The notes under the pieces were generated by a model. It ran no database searches. It saw only the letters and a program-made list of their open reading frames with translations, and was not told where the DNA came from. The translations under genes and the position numbers were made by a program. DNA of 63,656 nucleotides, counting the filler, from Barthelona sp. PAP020 (Eukaryota), in NCBI GenBank assembly GCA_040182905.1. It is 8 parts of 8 records of this genome, joined end to end, with 100 filler letters (N's around TTAATTAATTAA, not from the genome) between each part and the next. Parts side by side here need not be neighbours in the genome. Positions count along the whole stretch, not along the records: positions 39,940 to 47,782 come from JARQWU010000475.1; positions 47,883 to 55,722 come from JARQWU010000476.1; 6 more parts are not named here. One strand, 5' to 3'. Each line of letters opens with the position of its first letter. Position 1 is the stretch's first letter. This document shows positions 42,471 through 53,664 of this stretch, in pieces.

Positions 42471-42789
42471 GTTGTAGAGTATTATAAATTGTTGGCAAAA
42501 AAAAATTTTTCTTTTTTTTCTTTTGATAAGACACTGTCTATTGGTTTCAAAACCTTTTTGTTTCATCAATTATCATATTTCTGAAATGTTGAACCATTAA
42601 ACATTGAACATGAAAGTGTAATCTTACTCTTTCTTTAAAATGCTTTTAAAACTTCTTTCAAAACAAAATAAAATGCTTAAAAACAAAAACAAAACAACAA
42701 AATAAAAATATTTACAAAAAAAAATGGTGTAAACAAAAAAAAAGATTTTTTTTTGTAAGACTAATATGTTAAAACATCTAAAAAACTAA

Positions 42790-44331
42790 CTAATCTGAAA
42801 TGAAACTGCTTCTAATTCTTTTTTTTTTGTCCATCTCAGCATTGGCATGAACAATAGCCTCATATAACTTAATCGCCCAAAATTCCCATTCTAAAGGATG
42901 ATCAAACGATAAATACACAGTCCTTTCTCCAGTGATTAAAACAATAACATTATCAGTGTCCAATTCAACTGGATTAAACTGGAGAATCGAATCATGCAAT
43001 GCAATGATGTCGTTAGGCTGTTCCAAATTTTCATAGCTCTCTCTAGAATCAAAGTAGCTGAAATCCAACACAGTAATAACCCCAAACTTTTTCTTCCATG
43101 ATTTAACCTTGGTGCTACAACGATAAAAATGTCCTCTGAACGTTTTGAACTCGTTCAGCAAGATCTTATCCTCAACACTTTCAATACGAATCAAACTATC
43201 ATCATCAACAGGTTCTATACTCTGTACCGTAGTTTGAGAATCAAAATGTAATGACTGAACGACCTTCGAAAGGGTAAAGATCCATTCATCTCTCTCTTGT
43301 TCAGTGCCTGCTTGAATATAGTAAATTCTACCTGGTATCTCAATCTCAAATAACCACGGTTTCCAAGTCTTTTCCGAAACTCGAATAACGGCATTCTTCA
43401 ACTCCACGATTCCTAATGGTTCATCCTCTTCAGCATTAAAATAATACATAATTACACCCTGATTAATAACAAAATACCTTCGTTTCCAGGATGGAAATCT
43501 GCCTCCTCTTTTTGTCAACCAACCAGTAAGACTAATTTCCCACCAATGTTCTTCAGAATTACGACAATAATTTGCTTGCTCCAACGTGGACATTACATGC
43601 AAAGTCTTCTTTTCAGATTCATTTGCCAATTCTTCAATGATTTTTGTTTCTGCAGATGCAATTTCATCTCTTAGTAATTCTTTTAATGTGTCCAGTTCCT
43701 CTTTAGTTGAAAACGCCAAAAGAACTCTTCGTTGTGTCTTCATCTCCGTATCTGTATATCCAACCAAAACAAATGCAAATTGTTGTCCAATCTTTATCGC
43801 AGTGATAGGATCAATTGAATTTATTTTTAATCCACCCAATTGTAAAAGAATAATATCTGGTTTCAAACCAAATTCCTCACAACCATCAACCATCTCAAAT
43901 CGGATAGTTCTTTCAGAAAGAAGCGGTATTCTATTAACCCACAAATTGGGAACAGTGTGATGAAGAATTTGGACAAATTTAGGCAAACGAGAATTATATT
44001 GAGAAAAAGTTTCTTTAGATATATTTGCAGATCCAACATCTCTTAAAATATCAATATAATATAATAAAGAAGAATATGAAGGTGCATTAAAATAATATTT
44101 GTCTTTAGCTTTAGAAACAACAAAACAATAACCACTTAATTCAAATTCAGGAAATTCAACAATAGTATCTTTTAAATCAATGATCACCTCCAATTCCTCA
44201 TCATTTTCAGATTCAAAAATTTTTAACAATGAAGGTTGAACTTTTAATGATTTTCTTTGCCACATTTGTTCATTTAGATTTCGTTTAAAACCAATCACTG
44301 GCAAAAATTCTTCGTGAACAACAGAAGACAT
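42790..44331 (-). CDS. Multi-PH-domain protein
   Basis: GWLTKRGGRFPSWKRRYFV...RIYYIQA...ERDEWI plus additional PH-like blocks at both ends. Confidence 0.88.
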   Translation of the reverse strand: MSSVVHEEFLPVIGFKRNLNEQMWQRKSLKVQPSLLKIFESENDEELEVIIDLKDTIVEFPEFELSGYCFVVSKAKDKYYFNAPSYSSLLYYIDILRDVGSANISKETFSQYNSRLPKFVQILHHTVPNLWVNRIPLLSERTIRFEMVDGCEEFGLKPDIILLQLGGLKINSIDPITAIKIGQQFAFVLVGYTDTEMKTQRRVLLAFSTKEELDTLKELLRDEIASAETKIIEELANESEKKTLHVMSTLEQANYCRNSEEHWWEISLTGWLTKRGGRFPSWKRRYFVINQGVIMYYFNAEEDEPLGIVELKNAVIRVSEKTWKPWLFEIEIPGRIYYIQAGTEQERDEWIFTLSKVVQSLHFDSQTTVQSIEPVDDDSLIRIESVEDKILLNEFKTFRGHFYRCSTKVKSWKKKFGVITVLDFSYFDSRESYENLEQPNDIIALHDSILQFNPVELDTDNVIVLITGERTVYLSFDHPLEWEFWAIKLYEAIVHANAEMDKKKRIRSSFISD

Positions 44332-44383
44332 GGCAAATTTAGAGAAAAAAAAAATATCTGATTATTTCCTTTACATAAAAAAA

Positions 44384-44830
44384 TCATTCAAACAACTTCT
44401 CAAACAATGTTATAGTATTTGTAGAATCACTATTTCTTTCATCAAGTTCTTCAATTTTTTGTTTGGTAATTTCTATTTGTTCTTTCAAATGTAATTTATC
44501 TTCAATCAACTGTTGCTTGTGTTTTTGCTGCATTTCTATTTCATTTTCCAACCTGTCTTTCAACGATTGTTCTTCAGATTCAGAAATAATCTGATTTTCA
44601 TCAAAATTACCAAAAGTACTTTTTAATTCTTCTATTTCCTTTATTACATCATTATATTTATGTTCAATAGATTGAAATTTATCCTCATAAGATTCAGAAT
44701 TCGCACCTATATCAAAACTTTTGTTTTGGATAACCATTAATTTTAAACTGTATTCATTGACTTTCTGAAGCAATTCTGATAACTTTAAATCATCTGATTT
44801 TTCATTAGAATAATCACTCTTAACATTCAT
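44384..44830 (-). CDS. Small coiled-coil protein
   Basis: 148-aa heptad-rich ATG-initiated ORF. Confidence 0.65.
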   Translation of the reverse strand: MNVKSDYSNEKSDDLKLSELLQKVNEYSLKLMVIQNKSFDIGANSESYEDKFQSIEHKYNDVIKEIEELKSTFGNFDENQIISESEEQSLKDRLENEIEMQQKHKQQLIEDKLHLKEQIEITKQKIEELDERNSDSTNTITLFEKLFE

Positions 44831-44933
44831 AAATCTTTAACACAATATTAACAAATAAAAAAAAATTTGACCAAACAAGATTTTCACACCAAATCACCTT
44901 TTTATTCATGTGTGTTTTATCAAATTGTAATTT

Positions 44934-47156
44934 ATGAGTCCATTTCATGTTGAGGAATTAAATATTACCGAGCATGATCAACAACATACTCAAATCTTTT
45001 TGAATCATTCTTTTGCGGAGGTATATATTTATGATTATAGAAGAAGTGTTGTAACTATCTTTCCTTTTTTTGATTTTTCAAATAAAATTGAATATAGAAT
45101 AACTTCATTTGGAAAAATTGATGATTTACAAGTTGATAGACAGAGAAGACATGCATTATTATTAAAGGAAAATAAATTATACATAATTAGTTTAAAAATC
45201 ATGCAATATACTGAAATTTCAGTAACTGGAACAATTCAAGGAGCTCATTGGTTACTTGGAACTGAATTTTTTGTTGTTACTGAACAACAGGTTATGTATT
45301 ATCGAGTATTTCAAAATTTGAACGCAAAGAAAATAAAACAGGCAAAGCCTTTTTCAATTGAAACTTATTTATACGATCATGATTCTTTATTGTTGTTATT
45401 GTTCGAGTCTTCTAAACCTGGCCATTCTGTTGAGACTCATTTTCAAAAGGTTCAACCATATATTCTGGTACCATCATTGAATAAACTTCCTAGCTTCTTG
45501 ATCGATATTGGACCTTGTATAAATAATAAACCTGCACGAAAACGAAGGAAAATTTTGGCAAAATTTGATGGAATCATGTGTTTATTCTATGAGAGCTTGA
45601 ATGAGATGGATAGCATTATTCAATTGGTTGGTCTACAGATCAATCTATCGAATACTGAACGTTTTATGGAAATAGTATTTCCTGCTTCAGCAGAAATTGC
45701 TTTTGATGCTTTCTTTTTATTTAATGAGATGTTATGTGTAATACTTAAAGAAACAACAAATAATTTAAATCAGAATATAGAAGTTGAAAATTATCAGCTT
45801 TTTTTGGTCAAAATTTTCAGTCAAAATCAAAAATTAAATCACAAGATCAGCATTCACAAAAAAGGTCAATTTCACATTCCACATATTGACCCATTGTCTT
45901 GCAGATCATGGTCCAGCAATTTGCTTCCGTATTTACTGTGTGTAAATGACAACAAATTATTGAGATTGGAATGGAATTTAATTGACATCATTGAAGATTT
46001 TGTGTTGACATCTTCTTCTTTTTTATTAAATTATGGGTCTGTTGTGCGTAATTCAGCGCCTAATCCATTGCTTTTTTCTTATTTAAGTTCGAATGTCACA
46101 AATGAAGAGGATGAAAAGACCATACCCATATTTTATAATTTGAATGACCTGTTGGAATTTTTACTTGATAGATGGAACTTTTTTGAGATGAAGACTGTGG
46201 TTTTTCAGATATTTGTCAATTTATTTTCAACTTCATTGTCCTTAGCTGATTATACTTCTTTACTAGAGATGGTGGCCATTTCGAATCAACATAGTTCTTT
46301 TGAAGAATCTGTTTGTTGCTCAAATAATAACAATTTGCTGGATTCTTTTTTGATTTTCGGTAAATTTTCAAGGCATCCTTCATTATATGGAAGTGCTAAT
46401 GATAGTATAGTTGATCATGATACTTCGTTAGAAGAAATTGCACAAGAGATGCCTTCAATTAATATTTCTGCCTTATCTCATCCTGTTCAGAGAAGTGATT
46501 CAATCAAATATAACTTAATTTATCCTTTCAAATGTTCACAAAAGTTAAAGATTGATCTTTTGCAAATATTTGAGAAACTTTTTGAAAATTATGGAACAAA
46601 GAATTCCTCAAAGTTATTACCTTTAGCTTTTGTCTTTTTAAAATTGTCTGAGAAGTATAGAATCAAAAGTTTCAAAAAAGATGCGAAGTTTTCTGGATTT
46701 TTATTTGAAAACTTGATTGCGCAGAAAGAAATCTTGTTGCTGAACCAATCCATTATGTTGGATTTCTTTCAACATGATTTCCACAACTTTTATCACACCT
46801 TTTATGACAACCAAAATATTTTAATGGATTGTTTGACCCAAACAATGAAGTTCAATGTTTCAGACTCCTCTTACAATGATTTCATTGATGTTTTGGTTTT
46901 ATTTGGAAATATTAATGATCTAATACATCTGTTAAAATCAAAGAAAGTTCTTCCAACAAGCCCCAAGAAAATTTTGGAATTTGGCCGAAGTTTAGACATT
47001 ATTCAATTTTTTCAACTGTATTGTGTGTTGACAGATCTTATAAACACAAATCAAAATATTTTTGATCATTCAATTACTCCTGCAGAACATTGGTTAATTG
47101 AACATAATTGTGAAGATCTGGTACGGTATTTCAAAGACAATTTTGTAAATATTTGA
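44934..47156 (+). CDS. RMC1: Regulator of MON1-CCZ1 (RMC1/Mic1/C18orf8)-like
   Basis: IQGAHW...EFFVVTEQQVMYY, QPY...LNKLPSFLID beta-propeller region and C-terminal Mic1-like helices ending CEDLVRYFKDNF. Confidence 0.65.
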   Translation: MSPFHVEELNITEHDQQHTQIFLNHSFAEVYIYDYRRSVVTIFPFFDFSNKIEYRITSFGKIDDLQVDRQRRHALLLKENKLYIISLKIMQYTEISVTGTIQGAHWLLGTEFFVVTEQQVMYYRVFQNLNAKKIKQAKPFSIETYLYDHDSLLLLLFESSKPGHSVETHFQKVQPYILVPSLNKLPSFLIDIGPCINNKPARKRRKILAKFDGIMCLFYESLNEMDSIIQLVGLQINLSNTERFMEIVFPASAEIAFDAFFLFNEMLCVILKETTNNLNQNIEVENYQLFLVKIFSQNQKLNHKISIHKKGQFHIPHIDPLSCRSWSSNLLPYLLCVNDNKLLRLEWNLIDIIEDFVLTSSSFLLNYGSVVRNSAPNPLLFSYLSSNVTNEEDEKTIPIFYNLNDLLEFLLDRWNFFEMKTVVFQIFVNLFSTSLSLADYTSLLEMVAISNQHSSFEESVCCSNNNNLLDSFLIFGKFSRHPSLYGSANDSIVDHDTSLEEIAQEMPSINISALSHPVQRSDSIKYNLIYPFKCSQKLKIDLLQIFEKLFENYGTKNSSKLLPLAFVFLKLSEKYRIKSFKKDAKFSGFLFENLIAQKEILLLNQSIMLDFFQHDFHNFYHTFYDNQNILMDCLTQTMKFNVSDSSYNDFIDVLVLFGNINDLIHLLKSKKVLPTSPKKILEFGRSLDIIQFFQLYCVLTDLINTNQNIFDHSITPAEHWLIEHNCEDLVRYFKDNFVNI

Positions 47157-47415
47157 CTTTTTTTCTTATTTTCAAATGTTCATGAACAATTGAAACCTAA
47201 AATTTAATAAAATGTCTCAATTCAACCTCTTCAACATTGATTTCTACCTTTACCTATTTTTTGGATTTTTCCTTCTTTTCATTAAATTAATTGAATAAAT
47301 AAATATTTGGTTTTGTTTGTAACAATAAAAACTTAATTTAAAAGAAAAAATATTTTTTGTCGCGATTGAAAAAACAATACCTGCTTTTTCAAAAAAATTT
47401 CTTTTCGGTTATTTA

Positions 47416-47782
47416 ATGTCAGCAAGTGTTAAAAGACAGTTTTATTTTCATTTGTAATGTAACTAACCAATACAGCGAAGAAGAATACGCTGAAGAATCT
47501 GAAGATGAAACTCAATATGAAGAACAACATGAAGAAGATGATGTTCAACCAATTGAAGCTTTAACTACATTAGGTATTTCTGCAACTGATGTGAAGAAGT
47601 TGACTTCTGCAGGATTTCATACTGTTCGATCAATAATTATGCATACCAGAAAAGACTTAGCGAACGTTAAAGGAATATCTGATGCAAAGGTTGAAAAGAT
47701 TATTGAAGCTGCAACAAAGCTTGAAAATAGCGTTTTTGTTACTGGAACTCAAGCATTAGAAAAACGTCAACAAATAATAAAA
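47416..47782 (+). CDS. DMC1: Meiotic recombinase DMC1, 5' fragment; exon 1 47416-47438, exon 2 from 47476
   Basis: GISATDVKKL..AG.HTVRSIIMHTRKDL..VKGISDAKVEKIIEAA...FVTG..AL.KR. MHT and KVEKI.EAA are DMC1-type rather than RAD51-type (AYAPKK, KADKI). Confidence 0.8.
47439..47475 (+). other. Spliceosomal intron, 37 nt
   Basis: GTTTTA...ACTAAC-CAATACAG; joins ATG 47416 in frame. Confidence 0.8.
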
Positions 47783-47882
47783 NNNNNNNNNNNNNNNNNN
47801 NNNNNNNNNNNNNNNNNNNNNNNNNNTTAATTAATTAANNNNNNNNNNNNNNNNNNNNNNNNNNNNNNNNNNNNNNNNNNNN
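47783..47882. other. Artificial contig linker
   Basis: N44-TTAATTAATTAA-N44. Confidence 0.98.
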
Positions 47883-48083
47883 TATTGTTTTGATCTCCTC
47901 TTTTCCAGATTTAAAATTTTCTTTCTTATGGGATTATTAGCTTTATATGCAGGAGTATTTTGGTTAGTTCTTCCTTTGCGTTTTCTTTCGGTGAAATTTT
48001 TGTTGTTGCCAAATTAATTTCACGTTAGACGAAAGGGCAAATTTCAACAATAAATTCTGAACAGTTCACACGACAATAATAAT

Positions 48084-48445
48084 AAATGTTTATAAAGATC
48101 TTTATTGTTCTCGGTTAGAGTTTGGGGGTACTTGCAACTGAGCCGTTTTGCGTGGATGGTTCAGAACACTCTTAAAAAAAAAAGAAATACTTTAGGTGTG
48201 GATGGGCCGGGTATTCAAAGAGAAGTGTAATACTTTCCTTTAGCCCCTTGATTCATTTTAAATGCCTCCACTTATGTTCTCTTTGTTGGATTTTGATATT
48301 CTTTGTTGACCTAATCTATTTACTTGCATCCTTGATCTTTGAATTCTTGCGAAAACTTTTATTATTGCTAGAACTTCTCAATTTTTTTGCCTACTGATAT
48401 CAGAAATTGCAAGAAAAAAAACTTAAACACATTTATATTGTCTTT
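48084..48445. repeat. Dispersed degenerate repeat, copy 2
   Basis: Matches 161-513. Confidence 0.8.
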
Positions 48446-48560
48446 AATGAGACTTTTTAGACTGTCATTGGTTTGAAATGGAGCTATAACCTACAAAATT
48501 ATCATTTGATTGAGTTTAAAAAAAATTTCCGAATGAATGGTTTTATTTCAATTTTAGTTT

Positions 48561-49525
48561 TTATAGAAAATAATCTGGCGCTTTTCTGGTAATTTGAGGA
48601 TATCCTCGTACTGGAGCACAATCATATTGAATTAAGGAATGCTTCATGTGTTCATCTAATTCCATAATAGCACCAAGATTTCCACATCTATAACAGTAAT
48701 CAGGTGCCGAAAAGATTGTGATCACTTGTTCATCATGGGAAGATATGTAACCTTCAGGAGCTATTTGATGAGCTCTAACGATCATTTTTAAATTATTATC
48801 ATGTAAGAAAGTTTGAGAAGTATCTTTACCAAAGTAGAAACCACAACCACGAGGAGATACACTATAACCTGTATTACCTCGTTCATCAGGGTCTGACCAT
48901 AATAAATCTGCCATCAGACCATCATGTGGTGGTTCTTGAATTCTATTAAACCCTCTAATTTCGTCTAAATAACGACAAGAGGGTGATAAACCACCATGAA
49001 TAGCTAAAATTTGATTTTCTATCAGACAAGCAAGTGGCAAATAATCAAAAGTATTCATAAAATGTTGCCAAACGCTATAGGAACCGAATTTTTTTCTACA
49101 TTCGTTATAAAAACCATATATTTGAGTAATTTGTCTTGATTCATGGTTGCCTCGCAATAAATAAATCCTATTTGGATACTTGACTTTTAATGTGAGCAAC
49201 AAAGTGACTGTTTCAACGCTAAATACACCACGGTCTACAAAATCTCCCAGAAATAGGTAATTAGTGTCAGGGACATTACCACCCAATTTGAAAAGTTCCA
49301 ATAAATCATAGAATTGTCCATGAATATCACCAACCAAAGTAATTGGTGCTTTTACAACCTGAATATTGCTTTCATTCATTAAGATGTTCTTTGCCTACAA
49401 CAGTTAGTGTTGATACTTTTTTACATTGTTCTCACTTTGTCGCATATTAATTTAACCTCAGCTTCCTTAATTAACTGACAATTAAACAACTTTTCCAAAA
49501 TCGCATCCAAGTTTAGTTCAACCAT
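48561..49525 (-). CDS. PP2A-subfamily Ser/Thr phosphatase catalytic subunit; exons 49525-49436 and 49394-48561
   Basis: [38 protein letters not shown]-terminal PDYFL. Confidence 0.95.
49395..49435 (-). other. Spliceosomal intron, 41 nt
   Basis: GTGAGA...ACTAAC-TGTTGTAG; gives [15 protein letters not shown]. Confidence 0.92.
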
Positions 49526-49798
49526 CGAATAAAAAAATTTGAACTTTTTTCTCCGTTGTCTTGTTGTTGATTTATATAACTTTTTTTTGGGATATTATTA
49601 CTTTCACTCTTGAGATGATCAAGAAAGGAAATAAAAATTCACCATGTTTTATTATCTTTCTTTCCAACACAATATTTTGATTTTTAACAACAAAACAAAA
49701 CAAAAAATCAAAAGTTTGATTGGTTTTTGCAAAAAAAAAAAACAATCTCCATGAGCAAGATTTACAAAAATTCTTTTTGAAAGCATGATTTGTTTTGA

Positions 49799-50263
49799 AT
49801 GAAAAATTATTTGAAAGCATCAGGATATTTTCAAGATTTTGTCAACAATTTATCAAACGAAATGTTGTTGCTATATTCTTTTTCTGGTGAATTTCATTCA
49901 ATCAAATTGCATAATTTTGGGAAATTTCTTGAAAACTTGACTGCAGACAATTATAATATTTTGTTGAGTTTGAAAAATTGTGGATTTTGTGATTATTCTT
50001 TGAGAATTGACAATGTTAAAACCTCTCAAAATATTTTTCGTTGTATTGATGTGCTATTATTTAACACAACAAAAAATATAACTTTACTAAATTCAATTGA
50101 TGAAAGGCAGCCAAATTTTGTTGAATTTGAATTGTGTTTCAATAAGATTAAGGAGTATTTGGAACATAAATTTGACACTTTGAGATCCATCAAAGAAGAG
50201 CTTGCTTTTAAACAATCTTTTTCTTTTATTGAGTGTTTTTCTCATCATCCTTTTACCCTATAG
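49799..50263 (+). CDS. Hypothetical protein
   Basis: 154-aa ORF with no motif; start uncertain. Confidence 0.45.
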   Translation: MKNYLKASGYFQDFVNNLSNEMLLLYSFSGEFHSIKLHNFGKFLENLTADNYNILLSLKNCGFCDYSLRIDNVKTSQNIFRCIDVLLFNTTKNITLLNSIDERQPNFVEFELCFNKIKEYLEHKFDTLRSIKEELAFKQSFSFIECFSHHPFTL

Positions 50264-50513
50264 TTGCATTTATTTTTTCTTAGTTTTATTTTGACCATTA
50301 TTTTACATCATTTAGTATGAATTATAATAACATTAGTAGTTGATATTTTTTGCGATATTTTTTTGATTCTGATTGAATCTCAGGAAATTTGACTTCCTTT
50401 TTCTTAGTTGTAAATATTTTAATTGTGTTTTATTATTTTGCTTGAAAAAAAAAAGCTGCCGAAAATAAGAAGTTAACTAATTTCATTAAAAATTTATGAA
50501 TTTCAATTTTTTT

Positions 50514-52814
50514 TCAATAAAAATCTTCCATTTCTTCGTCATCATTGAAAATACCAATGTAATTAAATTCTTTTGTTGAATTTTGTGGAGATAATGGAGT
50601 TTTTGTTTGTTTTGAAGTTTGTATTGGTTCGTTTTGTTCAGACAATTTCTTTTGGTTTTGATTGTTATTATTGTCATTATTTACAGGGGTTTGAAGTTTG
50701 ATCAACTGAATATCTTGCTCATCTTTTCCTGACAAATTTGGCATTACATTTAATTCTTGTTCCCATTCAGAATCAGTTTCAACATTCATAATTTTACTGA
50801 ACATAGCATTATAAGCATGTACAATTTGATTAAACAAAAGATTATCAGGAATTTCTGGTGAAACTAACAAAGAGAACCTTTGTACCAAAACACCCACATC
50901 ATAATCATCGTTTTTAGACATATATTCATCTAATTCGGTCATGTGATTGAAAATTTGTCCAAAAAATTCACCTACTGCTTCATTTTCAGGATCAGATATC
51001 AAACCACCGTAAATTTCACAAACATAATTGCGATAGTCCGAATAGTTATTCATCGACATTCCATTAGCCCAAGCTTTTAATATTTCCAATTTAAATCCAA
51101 AATTTGATTGAATAAAAACACGAATAAGCTTTTGAAAAATTAATTCTAATTCAACAAATTTAAATCTGACAATTGCTTTCTTCAATTGTTTTGGTGTCAT
51201 TGTTATTGAATCAGATATTTGTCCTAAAACAATAGGGCGAACTAAAGTCTCAGGATGAATTGTTTCAAGATCAGGTATTACAGATTTTGCTTGTTTTTTA
51301 ATTAAAGTTTCGATGTGACTTTTCAAAATTTCAATTTTATCTAAAAGGGAATCAATATCTACTTTTTTCAGATTTATACGTGATAAATCAAAAGGACTTC
51401 CAGGTGTCTGAGGATTTGACATTAATTTTATGAGATCTGAATCAAAACTTGTAGTAGAAGCACGTTTAGTGATGCTTGGATTGTTTAAATTTGTTAAATC
51501 AAGAATTTGAGAATCTTTCATTTTAAGTTTGCTGTTTTCAATTGATGAATCCCTTGAATTTGTTGATGAAGCGCTTAAAGTTAATATGGTATTATTATTG
51601 AAATTGTCTTGGTCTTGAAGTGGCGTAGAGATTTTATCGTTCAATTCTTCATTTTTCTCAATAACATGTGTAAAATTATTGGAACTTAATCTATCATCAT
51701 TGTGATTATTAAACATCTGATCTTGTGGAGAATTGATTGTTAAACTTAATTCAGTTTCAATAACAGGAGTATTATGAGTTTGCGGTATAACCTCCTCAAC
51801 AATATTATGTTGCTGAGAGACACTTGTATTTTTGCTTTCTGTGTTGGAAATAATGAACTGTTCATTCTGTTTGTTTAACAAAATTGGTTGATTAATTTGT
51901 TCGTCAATGTATTGAGTACTTGGTTGAATTGTTGAAGAATGTTGGGCTTCATAAATAATTTCTGAAGAACTAAGTTTACTGTTAATTTGTGGAGTTTTTT
52001 TCAGAATGGGAAGAATTTCGTGATGTGTTTGTTTTAAAACCAATGGAGGTTCAACTTTTTTAATTTCATTTTGAGATGTATTTGCCTTTACAATGAGAGA
52101 AGCAGGAATAGGTTTCTTAGACTCATTATGAGGAAATACAGGAGGTAAATGTACATCTGGATATGCGTAATAATTGGTTGTTAATTTGTTAGGATCAGTA
52201 ACAATAAATTGTTTTTCCAATTCAAGACTCTGTCTTTGAAGTTTTTCTTCTCTTTGAATAATATTTTTCTGACTGTTTTCCACTTCTTTTTGAAGAATTT
52301 TTAATTTCTTTTCTGAAGCTTCCAATTCTTTTATCAATTGTAAATCAATTCTATTCAAAACAATGGATTCACTTTGTTGTTTTTCCATAAAGCTAATTGT
52401 TTTGTTGACTTCCTGAAGCCTCTGAAGTATTTTAACCCTAATATTGGAATCATTTTCTTTGGAAAGAGAACTTAAAAGACTCTTGGACTCAAAAACACCA
52501 TCTTGTTTAATATTGTCTGATTCATTGTGATTTGTACCTCTTATAAATTCAGAAGTATCGTTTTCTAAAAAAATTTCAGAAGATTTGCAAAGCACTTCAA
52601 ATGTCCGTCGATTTTGAAGATTTCTCTCTTTCAATTTATCAATAGAATCCGCTATATTTTTGGTATAATGCTTAGTATATAAAGCATTCATTCTATTTTT
52701 GGAAACGTACTCATTTTCAAGATAAAATCGTCTTTTTCTGAGATCATCTAATTGTTTGGACATATGATCTGCATTCATTATTGAAGACGCCACACTTTTC
52801 AAATTATTTTTCAT
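50514..52814 (-). CDS. Hypothetical coiled-coil/disordered protein (N-terminus weakly Kizuna-like)
   Basis: 766-aa ORF; R..LE...K...RN....FE pattern in the N-terminal coiled coil. Confidence 0.7.
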   Translation of the reverse strand: MKNNLKSVASSIMNADHMSKQLDDLRKRRFYLENEYVSKNRMNALYTKHYTKNIADSIDKLKERNLQNRRTFEVLCKSSEIFLENDTSEFIRGTNHNESDNIKQDGVFESKSLLSSLSKENDSNIRVKILQRLQEVNKTISFMEKQQSESIVLNRIDLQLIKELEASEKKLKILQKEVENSQKNIIQREEKLQRQSLELEKQFIVTDPNKLTTNYYAYPDVHLPPVFPHNESKKPIPASLIVKANTSQNEIKKVEPPLVLKQTHHEILPILKKTPQINSKLSSSEIIYEAQHSSTIQPSTQYIDEQINQPILLNKQNEQFIISNTESKNTSVSQQHNIVEEVIPQTHNTPVIETELSLTINSPQDQMFNNHNDDRLSSNNFTHVIEKNEELNDKISTPLQDQDNFNNNTILTLSASSTNSRDSSIENSKLKMKDSQILDLTNLNNPSITKRASTTSFDSDLIKLMSNPQTPGSPFDLSRINLKKVDIDSLLDKIEILKSHIETLIKKQAKSVIPDLETIHPETLVRPIVLGQISDSITMTPKQLKKAIVRFKFVELELIFQKLIRVFIQSNFGFKLEILKAWANGMSMNNYSDYRNYVCEIYGGLISDPENEAVGEFFGQIFNHMTELDEYMSKNDDYDVGVLVQRFSLLVSPEIPDNLLFNQIVHAYNAMFSKIMNVETDSEWEQELNVMPNLSGKDEQDIQLIKLQTPVNNDNNNNQNQKKLSEQNEPIQTSKQTKTPLSPQNSTKEFNYIGIFNDDEEMEDFY

Positions 52815-53664
52815 TAAAATAATGATTCAAGTGTTTGAATTTGAAAAATAGGGTATATTTTGATTTCTCTTTTTTTTCTTAAAATTAATAATTGCTTGCC
52901 TTTGTTTGAAAGAATAAGAGGAAAAAAATAATAATATGAATCGATATTTGTGAAACACAGACCAAAACATACGAAATTTTTTTTTTACAATGAAATATTC
53001 ATCAATGTCTCTTAGTTAATCCAAATATTTTATTTATTTATTTTATTTTGAATTTTGAATTATAATTGTTGCCAAAATCAACAAGAAAGATAATTTTATC
53101 TTATGTTTCTGTTTATTTTTCATTTTTCCTTTATCTTTTTTTTACTTATCTCATAAATTTTATAATCATGAGTATTTTTCTGTCAGGTTTATGAATTATA
53201 CTTATTTTCAATCAAGTTGATTTTAGAATTTTAGGCTTTCAAATTTGAAAATTGAAATTAAAATGAACAATTTGTATTGTCGCTATATATGAAATTGACT
53301 TTAAAGAATTCAAATAAACGAGTGGCAAACCAATAAAAGGAATTTTTGCATGTGAACTGAAGTGTGCTTATATATGTGATGGTATGATTTTTGGATTTGA
53401 ACTATATTTAAATGTAAAAATTGAGCGCAGTTATTTCTCTTCAATTTTCAAAATGAAGATTGGATTTTCAAAAATAAATTGAATTTTTAAAAACTTTTTT
53501 TTATTTTTTAAACATTTCAATGATTTAGAAGTTGCATGAAGTAGATTAAAAAAAAATTGAAAGAAAAAAAAGGGCAATTTTTCTTTTGATTTATTTTTTT
53601 CTTTTGTATTGAACAATTCCATATCCATTACTAATTAATAGATATTTGATTAAAATAAGTTAAT

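Noticed and set aside
42520..42630. Possible minus-strand H/ACA hairpins
   Set aside because: Stems are short and AT-rich and box spacing is unconvincing.
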